Source: Jimgerdemannia flammicorona (lineage: Eukaryota). From it: DNA of 37,760 nt. Positions 26,301-36,869 of this stretch are shown here, in pieces. A model generated the notes under the pieces. It saw only the letters and a program-made list of their open reading frames with translations. It was not told the DNA's origin and ran no database searches. The position numbers and the translations under genes were made by a program. Numbering within the stretch: position 1 is the stretch's first letter; each line of letters begins with the position of its first letter. The stretch covers positions 1-37,760 of the forward strand of contig RBNJ01000181.1 of NCBI GenBank assembly GCA_003990765.1, read 5' to 3'.

Positions 26301-29300
26301 GAGTACAATTGAGACAGTCTAGTGCTCTTGGTCTGATCACTGGGGTTTGCTGGACTGTGGGAGGTTTGGGAGAAGTAGAGAGGGGTCTGGATATTAGTAC
26401 CTAAATACTTTATTGCAGAGAGATCACACTTTATGGAATAAATGGGTAGTGGATATTGGTGCTAGAAATATTGGCTGGAGGGTATAGGGGTTGGAGATTG
26501 GAGATTATTAGTAGTATTTAAAATCTGATACATAGTAGTACTGAGGCAAGACTGAGAGGAGAAGAGGGGCCCAGAGGAAGAGTTATATAAGATGGGCCTC
26601 ACAGAGGTTGGAAAGGTTACTGGAGAGATGGACTGGATCTTTGGATAGTAGCAAGGAAGGGAATTAGAGTACTCAATAGATCTGGCAGGAGGTGGAAGAA
26701 TTGAAGGAACTACTTAGATAGGAGGAGAAATTGCAAATGAAGGAAATGGTAGTATAGTTATAATAACAGAGCTTAGAGGAGGAGAAGTGACCTACAAAGT
26801 TTCTGTCAAGGCTGCTTCAGGCAAAGAGGATGAGACAGCATAGGAAGGAGTATTGGATGAGGTAGATAATATGGTGATCAGAATACCAGGAATCTTGGGC
26901 CTACTGCAGTCTCACTAGGGGTAGTTATGGAGTGAGAAGAAGGGTAGTAAAGATTCACTTGACATTGAATAGCAGCTGGAGGATTGGCACTCAGACTCAG
27001 TAGTGGGCCTAGGTGAACTTGGAGTCCCAGTATAGAGAGAAGAGGTCTGTCAGGTTTTGGCAATGATAAGTCTGGAGATAGCCCCAGGAGAAGATAAATT
27101 GTCTTGAGATTTTTGGAAGCAGATGACCAGTATAGAGGTTGTACTAGAGGAGATAATGTGGATGTATGATGAAGTTATTAGCTTGGGGACCTAGATTGGG
27201 AAGCAATACTTGGGGCTTATAACTCTATTATATAAGAATAAGAAGAGGAGGAAGGATTGAAAGAACTGGAGGTCAATCATGCTTTTAGATATAAATCACA
27301 AGTTGGTGATGAAGATTTTGATAGCCAGGTTGTAAGGGGTGGTTCAGTAGATATTAGGAGCAGAGCAGTAAGACTTTGTCAGAGGTTATTTAATATGAGA
27401 TGAGATAGCTTAGATCTATAGTATTATTAAAGGAGCTTATGCTACTGAGGTTGATGGTTGACTAGTCTTTCTAGACCAAGAGAAGACTTATAATAGAGTC
27501 AGGCATATATAGCTAGAGAGAGTACTGAAGTGAATGAGAGTCTCTCTAGAGTTTTAGAGATTATTTATTAGTTTATTTAGAGGGAAGTCAGATGGTCATT
27601 ATAGTGAATAGATATAGGAGTGAGTCATTTCTCTTAGGCAGAGGAGTACTACAGAGAGATCTACTGTTGCTGATCCTTTATACTCTCTCACTAGAGCCAT
27701 TGTTAGACAGAATAGAGTATAGGGTGAGAGAGTTGAATATTCTAAGAGTGAACTAGAAGGTGGGGGCCTTTGTTGATAATATGGTAATTGAGCTAAGCTC
27801 TATAAGAAAGAGATATGATTGAGACAGTTGTCCCAGCAGGAGAAGCAGTCTATTATCTGGAGATTTATTTTTCAGTATATAGTTCCCAACTGCTTCAGAA
27901 TTGGTGAGAATAGTAGCTGTTTGAGTGGGGGGATGCTCTCTTGAGGTAGGGTAGCTGATATATCTCTCTGGTAGAAAGAGTGATAGTGTTGAATATATAT
28001 TGGTACCTAAGCTATGATATTTGGAATATTACTTGGACTTTCCAGTATAGGTAGTCAAGAGACTGCTGAAGATGACCAGATCATAGATATAGATAGAGTA
28101 GTGAAGTCAGATTAGTTAGAAGGTATTGACATTACTAGTAGATAGAGGAGGGCTGGGCCTAGTGGACTTTATTAAGTACCTATACTGCTTGAGAGTATAG
28201 TGGCTGAAGCAAACAAGTGAATTGAGGGGTCAAGAGTGGGTACCCCTTATGTAAAGGATGTGGGAGATTTGTTTCTCTCTCTAAGGCATAACTGGTGACC
28301 TACTTTCTCTAGTAGTACTGGAGGGGAGCAGGAAGATATACTATAGAGAATTCTGATGAAGAGTAGTTGATGATACTTATTGAATAGAACTCAGATAGTA
28401 GAGTGATGAAGAAGAGGAAGAATGGCCCAGATGTAAAGATAAGACTATCTACTATTAGGAAGTATACTAGTAGATGAGTTTTATTTAGAGAATAGTATAG
28501 AATATCTATAGGAGCATGGGAGAGATTTATGGCCTAAGACCTGACAAGAGATGGGAATTAGCAAAGAGTGGAATTGAAACAGCATTTAGTCTTAGAGCAA
28601 TCAGATAGCAAAGTAGCTTCTCTTTAAGTTCTAGATAGTATGGTAGAGACTCTTGTAGTACAATGTGTTGCTGAATTACTAGTCAGAATATTTGGTAGAA
28701 AGGAGTATCTTAGAGTGTGAGAAGTGTTTTAATATTAGACAAGAGGGTGAAGTAGTACAGACCTCTGAGTATTGACTGGGGGAATACAAGGTTTTGGAAG
28801 ACTTTTGGAGGGCAATCAAGGATTGGCTAGAATTGTAATCTTTTGGAGAAATAGAGGGTGAGAGATGGGATGATCTCTGATAGAGGCTTATAGAAGAGAT
28901 TGGAGATAAGTAATTAACTTTTAGATGGGCTCTGGCCATTTAGATTGGGCTTGCTGAATATTGGCTTTATATATTTAAAGATGTTCAGTATTTGATGCTT
29001 AAGATATAAGTTATAAGATGGGAGTAATTATTGCAATAGTTGATAGTGGAGATAGAGATCTGAAGGGAGAATCTATAGGAGACTTGTGGAATATATTTAT
29101 GGGAAGAGTAGGGAGGGTTGAAGTTATTGAGGGGTTAGTGACTCTCTGAAAAGGTGGAGAGGGAGAGAGAGAGAAGATTCTATATAGAATTGAGTGAAGG
29201 GAATATTCATATCTTTGTATTAATATAACATAGATTGAATAATAATAAAGTAAGAGTCTAAGTGACTATAAAAAAAAAAAAAATTAAATAAATTAGTTAT

Positions 29301-30193
29301 AGTTTGAGATTATATATAAATTATTATAGTATTAAATATATATATAAGAATAACAGGAGAATAAATAGATACTGTATAGAATAGACTAATATTAGATGAC
29401 TGGAAGTATATAATATCTACTAATAAATAAAAATCAATTATTTTGAATTCTATATATGATATATATCTTTTCCTATTATCTTTAAATTTTAGTTAACTAA
29501 TGTTATATAACTTATATTAAGTATATTTTATATCTTTGATTCAATTTTATAGTATCTTAGATATTTGAGATAATAATAATATACTGTTTAAGTATTTGTA
29601 GTTAGTTTAAAGTAGTTTTGCAGCATTTTTAATATAGAAAAAGTCATATAATATCAATTGACTATAAAATTCAAAGATGATAGAAAAAGATATATATTAT
29701 ATATAGAATCCAAAATAATTAATTTTTGTTTTATTAGAAGATACTATATACTTCCAGTTACCTAATATCAGTCTATTTTATATAGTATCTATTTATTCTC
29801 CTATTATTCTAGTATATATTTAATAATATAATAATTTATATAATCTTAAACTATAACTAATCTATTTAATAAATAAATTATAATTTATTATAAGTAGAAA
29901 GTATACTTAAATAGCCTTCTTTAGACAAAATATCATTACTTTAATATTTTAATTCAGTATATTAATAATATATTATATATATTTATATATATTTAAAAAA
30001 AGGGTTTTTATTATTTTTTTAAAAGATAAAATAAATAAGATTTTAAAAAATAAATTCTATGAGATTATAGAGAAATGTTAAAAGAATAACTATAATAAGT
30101 TTTAAATATATATCTCAATTTATTGTCTATTTATTAAATAAAGAATATGTATAAATAATTTTATTTCAAAACTGAACTAATAATTTTTTTTTT
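23358..30193. repeat. AT-rich foldback/palindromic element: left arm 23358-23694 plus 29283-29520 (split by LINE copy 2), right arm ~29640-30193
   Basis: 23371-23693 is the reverse complement of ~29860-30185, and 29293-29512 is the reverse complement of ~29645-29860. With the LINE removed the arms are ~560 bp and the spacer ~120 bp. Confidence 0.8.
23695..29282 (+). mobile_element. Full-length L1/Tx1-like non-LTR retrotransposon (LINE copy 2, ~5.6 kb), inactivated by many point mutations
   Basis: Poly-A at 29270-29283; 13-bp TSD ATTAAATAGATTA (23682-23694) / ATTAAATAAATTA (29283-29295). AP-endonuclease remnants GGNFN (~26064), RID.I (~26253), WSDH (~26330). RT remnants APGED (~27080), ITLLYK..KNWRSI.LL, VFLDQEKTYNRV (~27465), RGVLQRDLLLLILY..LEP and AFVDNM (~27767). 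Zinc-knuckle-like remnant near 25420-25460. Confidence 0.92.
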
Positions 30194-31397
30194 TAAGAAT
30201 TTTTTTTAAAGATAAAATAGAAATTTAAAAATAATAAATTTAATATTTTTAAATACCTCTTATATAAAACTATAATATATTATAACATAAAATATATTTA
30301 TATAAAGTATTTTTATTTAAATAATTAAAATATATAATTTAATAAAATATTAATTTAGTTTTAGAATATACTGTATAAGCTATTATATAATATTACTAAT
30401 GATCCTTCTTACTTTGAGACTATTTTTAGAGATATCTATATATAGTGTAGCATTGGGTTTGTATCTCTAGTTGCTTCTGGCACAGCTCAATGTGCCACTT
30501 GGTGAAGTGTACGATATATAACTGAATGCGTTGGTGACATTCGTGGGTCGATGGTCATGTGATTGGGTCATTCGAAATGTGCGATAATTGATAATAGCGG
30601 GAGATCGTTCGACGATGGTGGCTCAATTATTTAGTGGATAAGAGCAGCGGTTATGCTGGCTAAGTTTCCTGGTAGCGATTAACTTGGTGGCGAACTTGAA
30701 TTTATGTGGCGACGACAGGCTTGCTCTTTATGCAGTCAATTAAAGTGGTCCATAGCATAGTAGGTCAGGAAAATGGAGGTTGATGGCTCGCTCGTCCATC
30801 TTGACTTGTTAACTTGAAAGGTTCCTGGCGGTCATTTGGGCCTTTGGCAGCAGGTCGGTCTTTAGCGGTCTAGTATCCTTTGGCTGGGTATCCTTGGGTT
30901 TCTGGGTCTTGAATCTCGAATGGCAGTCAAATGGCAGCGGTCCGAATGGCGGTCTGAAATGCACGGTCCGAATGGTGGTCTGAATGCGCGGTGGTCGTAG
31001 TCTTGAATCCTTGGCTGGGTCTCGGGTCTCGAATGACAGTCAAATGGTGGCAGTCGGGTAACATTTTCTTTCCGTGGCAAGAGAAAATTCTTTAACTCAA
31101 ACTTCCAAGCGATCCATTGCTCTAGGTTGTTATCTTGTTCTCAGAATTTATCCGGTCTCTTGGAGGCAGTGGTTTCTTTGTAATTCTTTTTACTTTTAAA
31201 CACAAGCTGACTGAGGCTTTATTCACTCTAAGAATATGGGTTATTTATACAAGTTTTGCTAGCTATGGGGGGGGGGGGTGTGACTAAGGCTAAGATATAC
31301 TATGTTGTGGTGAACTTATGCTATTGGCTTGCATGATGCAAGGTGCAGGCTATTGTTTACTATGGATTGGGTTGTAGGGGATAGCAACACTAGATTC

Positions 31398-31640
31398 GGA
31401 TGAGTAGATAGGAATGCTGATTGTTGCCAGAAATGGTTGTGGAGGGTGGCAACACTGAATTCGAACCTGCTGACAAAATGCTGAAAATGGTGGTACTGGG
31501 TAGCAACACTGGAAATGGATGAGCTGACATGATACGATGATTGTTGCCGGAAACAGTTGTGAAGGGTGGTAATGCTGAATTCAGACCTACTGACAAAAGT
31601 GCTGAAAATAGTGGTACTGGGTAGCAATGCTGGAAATGGA
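31398..31640. repeat. Two direct copies of a ~120-bp unit in LTR C, between its ORF and the TATA box
   Basis: GGATGAG...TGATTGTTGCC.GAAA..GTTGTG.AGGGTGG.AA..CTGAATTC...CTGACAAAA.TGCTGAAAAT.GTGGTACTGGGTAGCAA..CTGGAAATGG occurs twice. Confidence 0.85.
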
Positions 31641-31863
31641 CTTGCTGATGAAAGCTGGGTTCTCATGGCTGATGGGCAGTACTCTAGAGGGAATAGTACC
31701 CTTCGTCCGCGGTGGGCAAATCTTGCTGGGTTGTGATTTCTTCTTCATCATATCTCTCCTCAAAGGGGGGAAGTGCTGGCCAAGAGGTGAGGGGGTAGAA
31801 AAGTGGCCAGTCATCTTCAACAACATTTTCCAATCCCTGAACTGCTTGAATGCGGACAGAGGA

Positions 31864-32670
31864 CTAGTAGACTCTCTGTTGCTCCTCTTCTTCTTCTGAA
31901 GACTCGTCAGTTTCAGTGTTAGAGGGGGTTTCTTCAGGGGCAGGGTCTTGGAGTTCTTGGGCCTCCTCTTCAAAGACAGGAACTTCTTGGGCTTCTTCTT
32001 GATTCGGTTCCCAAATGATGAGGTGTGAATTGTGGCTGACAAGGTGGTGGGTGGTTGGGGTAGCTCCAATGGGTGCTTCTATGGTAATGGGCGGTCCTTC
32101 AAATATCTCCATAAGACTCATTAGGTGACCTTGATGGTTGTCTCGGAGTGGGGTGGTGTGGAAACCTGGCTGAGTAGGTTCAGTTTGTTGGCTTCCCATG
32201 GTGATGCAGTTGCTGCCAATAGCATTGACTACTTCAGATTCTATCCAGTCAGCATCTTTGGTTGAAAGGCAGGAGAGGCTGCCAGCTGTTACTCCTTGCA
32301 AGTGTGCTATAGTCCAGGGAATATGGCAGAAGATTTGGTGAACACGGAGGGCTCTCTTGATTAGCCAGCTGGTGGTTAACATTTCGGCAATGAGGTCTTC
32401 CCGGTTGTCTTCTTGAGTCTCATTGCAAAGGTGGTGTCCGATTTCATAGTCATGCCAGAGGGTCATTCATTCGGTAGTGTCTTTGAGCTATTGGGTCATT
32501 ATATACTAGTAGTTGATGAAGTGTCCAAGGTCCTCGGTATAGAAGTTCAAGTATTCGGAAGTATCTGGGCACCAGATGGCCTTCTTGATAGCTTCAAAGA
32601 TCAGGGTCTTTGGGCCAGGCAAAGGGGTAGAGTGGCGGGAGGTCTGGTTGGTTCGACAAATAGGAGGCAT
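31864..32670 (-). pseudogene. LTR-internal ORF C (268 codons, three in-frame stops at ~32508, ~32490 and ~32469)
   Basis: ORFs 32506..32745 and 31864..32466 share a frame. FINY*YIMTQ*LKDTTE*MTLWHDYEIG aligns without gaps to FILYCCKMETRITIATEYLQMWQEYKIE of ORF A. Acidic C-terminus DESSEEEEEQ. Confidence 0.75.
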
Positions 32671-33155
32671 TGTGTGGTGGGTACTTGGTTCTTTGGTGCT
32701 GATCCCTGAGGTGGAGTATGGTTCCTTAAATAATGTGGTCTTCATTTTGGCTCAGATCATCTTGTCTTCTTTTGGAATGATCACCTAATGGGTCAGGCTG
32801 TCTATTTGATTGTTATGCCATTATGTTGTCTGATATTAGCAGTCACTGGTACTCCATTATCAATTGTGTATGTCACAATAGTATAAATAACTTCTATAGA
32901 TTAGATTATATAAAGGCTAGTATTATAGTTATATAGTACTTGAGTTCTTTGAAGATATCTTTTTATACATAGTTTCTTTTATTTAAATAATACTTCTTTT
33001 TTAAGTAGAGTTTAAATTAGAGCAGAGGTTTTAATAACATTTTTAATAAATCTTCTCTAATAAGATACTAATATTAAAAATAATAGAACTTCTTTTGAAG
33101 CCTTGAGTATAGACCAGTTATTGATCTTTTCTATTTTTTTTTTAGATCTATATAT

Positions 33156-34560
33156 TGTAATAGTGACCTTAGAATAGTGATATCATTACAAGAAACAGTC
33201 TTTCCTTACAAGCCACCAGATCAGAGTATAAGAAGATTATATGGTATGACTCACCCAGACTATAAGATGAGTAATAATGACTAACTATAAGTTATCATAA
33301 CTATAAGATAGATATCTTAAGAAATATAAAAGAAGGACTAAGGAACTACAATAGCAGCAACTCAAACAAGACTTACAAAATCCAAAAATACCTCAAAGAC
33401 TCACTATAAATAAAATGCTTGCTGTCTGCCAAACCTCAAGGTCCAGAAACTACTAAGAATTCTCAGTCTAAGAAAGAATATTCCAAGATATCAGAAGAGC
33501 CATGAGGATCTGTATAAGAAGAACTCCTAGTCTCAATCTGGGTATAGATGACTCTTATCACTTTATCCTTAACTGTTGTGAAATAGAAATAAGGATCACT
33601 ATTACTACTAAATATCTCTGAATATAGCAGAAATATAAAATAGAAATCTCCTCTACTGAGAATTTTCTCAGACCAGTTCCTAAGAAATACAAGATACCAT
33701 CTCTATAGATATATGTAAATTAAGAGTAGTCAAAAAGATCCATCAGGTCTTTAGGTATATATCTTGGTCAATCTCTAACTTAGAATATACCAGAGTCTCA
33801 GACTTCAAGGAATTGTCAGCCTACTATATAGATACACTAGAGGCTATGGTGGCCACAGAAGTCCAATCTACTATCACTCTAAAAAGTGATGAAATAGGAG
33901 AGTTCTGAAATTCCATTCTTAAGGATAATCCTGATCAATTTCTACAAGAATTAATCTTGATTTTCTAAGGCTCTAGTATCTAGGTTAGACCCCCTCAAGA
34001 TTCCACCTTTGTCTTATACTTTGTGGAGAAGAACCTCATAGATTAGAGAGCCCCTGATCTCTTTGCTCTCTCTACTACTGCTGAATGTAATGATATTATT
34101 GACAATGACATCATCCCACTAATTGATAAGATGCATAAAGTATATAAAATATATAACATATATGAAATGAATGAAACATTCACCAATCTTATTTCCTTTA
34201 AAGATATCCTAATCTCTAGCAATAATAAAGATAAAGTCTTCAGAGTTCTGAACATTTTGCTCTGAATTCTTTATATAACTGTTTATCTGAACATCTAAAT
34301 CTTCTGGCATTCTTTTCTTATACAACTGAAATCTACCAGTATCCTGAACTTATACAACCATTTGTACAGATACTTGAATTTGTACTTACAACTAAAGTTT
34401 TCTATATTTCAGTATCTTATTTATTTGGTTATTAGAATTTATATTTAGCTTTATATCTTAGCAACTATTGAATTATATTTTGTATAAATATCCCTTTCAT
34501 TTTTTTAAAAATAAAGTCAGTTCTCTCAGTTCACTTACACTCAATTCTACATAAGCAATC
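33156..34560 (+). mobile_element. LTR element B, second copy of family A, more mutated and interrupted at 34561 by a Gypsy-like element
   Basis: Same start TGTAATAGTGACC preceded by ATAT; colinear with 19593-20958 up to AAGCAATC. Confidence 0.88.
33415..34265 (+). pseudogene. LTR-internal ORF B, a degenerate copy of ORF A with many stops
   Basis: MLAVCQTSRSRNY*..IFQDIRRAMR..RRTPSLNLGIDDSYHFILNCC matches ORF A. The stops arise from CAA>TAA and TGG>TAG/TGA changes. Confidence 0.8.
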
Positions 34561-34849
34561 TGTAAGTGCACAACCTCCAAGCCACTGAAATTATACATCA
34601 CCCTCTGAACAAGCCACCGAAATCGCATGTGACCTCTGAACAAATCTGGAAATCACCTGCTTGATCACGAAGCTGAGTTAAACCAAAGTCACAGCATACA
34701 AAGCTGAGTCAATATGAAGTCACGGAATACAAGATTTATACAAATGGAATCTTACCAATCAGGACCAAATATATATATACCGAGCACCGAGACACGTCGA
34801 ATCAGAGAACCAAAACAAACAAATAACTACAACTTCCAAACACACAAAC

Positions 34850-35946
34850 ATGACCACTGAGATCTACAACTATATCTGCGCTGACATTTGGAATGCCATT
34901 GTCAACCGAGCCACACCCCCTCTGCCCCTCATGAATATCCATAGCCTGGCACCCCTCTACTTCGTGGAAGCCTGATGGAATGCTCTGAACATACTTAGCA
35001 AGATCCACTGAATTGGACAAATCTCAAGCTACTACCAGATTGGCTGCCTCCTGAAAGACATGGTCAAACACCACCATGATACAGACATTACCCAGATGTC
35101 TCAATACCAGAAGCTCATCGCCCGCAAACATCAAGAACTCTACTATGAGTACAGCACCATTATTCTCTGCCTCCGAGTTACTACCAGTGAAATGGTTGCT
35201 ACCCTGTCCTATGGCCAAATTGATGACATGATACAAGAACTCAACCAGAAGTACCTCGAGTATGTCGAAACTACAGACAGAACCTTCCCATACCCCAATG
35301 ATCATATCCTGCAAATGCCCCAAGTTGGATATGCCATAAAGGACATCTATGATATAATCCACTTTGATGAAGATGAAGCAGAAGACAATGATCCCTCTGA
35401 CGCCAACATGACCTCTAGCCAAGGATCTCTGCCAACCCTGATAACTCTGCCAACCTTACTGATGAACTTACAACAGTTCATAACTACATACAAGACTTAT
35501 TGGGACAATGACCACTAGTATGAATACCAACCTACATTCATCCCCGATTACTTCAACTACAATGAAGAGACCGGAGAACACAACCTATACCTCCAGACAA
35601 CCCTTGAGATTGAACCAACCACTCCACCACCTGAGTACGAGCGACATGAACCACAGCCACCAGCTTACTACAATCCTGCAACCCATAGTGCTGTAATCTA
35701 TAGAAGGTACGCAGACAGCGAATCCAATGAAAGCAAAGACAATATACCCATTCTTCATCCACCAACACCTTATCCAGCCTATGAGACAGACAATGCTATC
35801 CTGTGGAATGGAGATGAAGTCCCAATGTATTACTACCTCAGTGAATAAGGAGAGTATTCTGCGAACCACTCTTCCTAGATGACTACTTCATCAGAGATAA
35901 TGCAATCAATGGTGATGTCATCGAAGACTACCCAGACAGTATCTAA
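34850..35946 (+). pseudogene. LTR-internal ORF D (~330-365 codons; TGA at 34973 and 35009, TAG at 35516, TAA at ~35846; 3' end uncertain)
   Basis: ATG 34850 (cacacaaacATG) is in frame with ORF 35060..35518. ICADIWNAI, SYYQIGCLL and ARKHQELY..YSTIILCLRVTTSEMVATLS correspond to the conserved blocks of ORFs A and C. Confidence 0.7.
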
Positions 35947-36625
35947 ACCCATAAATAGCCTAGCAGTCATATTATAGTTAAATTAGCATTGTACAACATG
36001 ACTGTGAACTGACTCAGCAGTCAGACAATCTCTTGATATGTCAGATCACACTTGTACTACATAACTGCATTCCAACTCAGCAAGGCACTTAGTGCTACAT
36101 CCATATCTAGTATAGTCCAGATAGCCCCTCACTAGTATAAATACCCCCTCTCCCAGATCTCAGAATCTCAGACTCGAATACACAAGAACATTCCTGAATA
36201 CTTCCCCACAATACCCCTTCATACAAATACTCCTAGTATAGTAATATCATGAATAGCAAATAAACCTATTCCATAACCCACAAACCACTCTTAAGTAAAT
36301 CTGCTCCCTGTTAGATCCTACTCCTAACCCCATCACGAAATTTCCTAATTGGGTATTGTCTGCAGTGATATGCCAATTCAACTAAGCTGGTCTTAGTTTC
36401 TTGAACTTCCTGAAATATGGAAAATCCTGAACATCCAGAACTAGTCCAAAAAAGGACTTTGGTTGAGACGTCAACCCGATCTTGAAATCAATAAGTGTAG
36501 AGGACATATTCTATACGAAATTGATCTTGAGCATAAGAAAACGGTCTTCTAGAACATCTAGAATATCCAGAAAACCTTTCCAGAACTACATAACAGTTAC
36601 CCTAAAAAGTAACCCTCTTACAACT

Positions 36626-36637
36626 TGGTAGCAGTGG
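36626..36637 (+). promoter_or_regulatory. Primer-binding site, probably for initiator tRNA-Met
   Basis: TGGTAGCAG(TGG) just after the LTR end, complementary to the ...CUGCUACCA 3' end common in eukaryotic tRNAiMet. Confidence 0.7.
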
Positions 36638-36869
36638 TTTACAATCTAATTCCACTTCAAGATGCTTCCTCACTCCACTACAAACCCCTCTGAGAATTCC
36701 TACAAGTTGGTATAAAGCCCAACCTCTGAACTGGAATTGATCCTGAACCATCTGATAATCTGGAGAGAATTGAACCTGATGTACAAGGACAATTTGACCT
36801 CCACACCTACAATAAGTGGGATAAACTTCATTCAAAGAAAGAAGTACTCTGGTTAAACCAGCAAATAGA

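Larger units (their letters stand above)
30446..32877 (-). mobile_element. Solo-LTR-like element C (2432 bp), a different family from A/B
   Basis: TG...CA ends; 4-bp TSD ATAG (30442-30445 / 32878-32881); on the minus strand GTATAAATAACCC at ~31250 followed by AATAAA at ~31223; sharp GC and CpG contrast with the flanks. Confidence 0.85.

Noticed and set aside
15998..28939. Small ORFs inside the LINEs and the hAT element (e.g. 16191..16535, 24008..24247, 28679..28939)
   Set aside because: Fragments or shadows of mutated transposon reading frames, not independent genes.
30194..33155. Very AT-rich DNA flanking LTR C (30194-30445 and 32882-33155)
   Set aside because: Probably another decayed repeat, but no termini or protein motifs could be identified.
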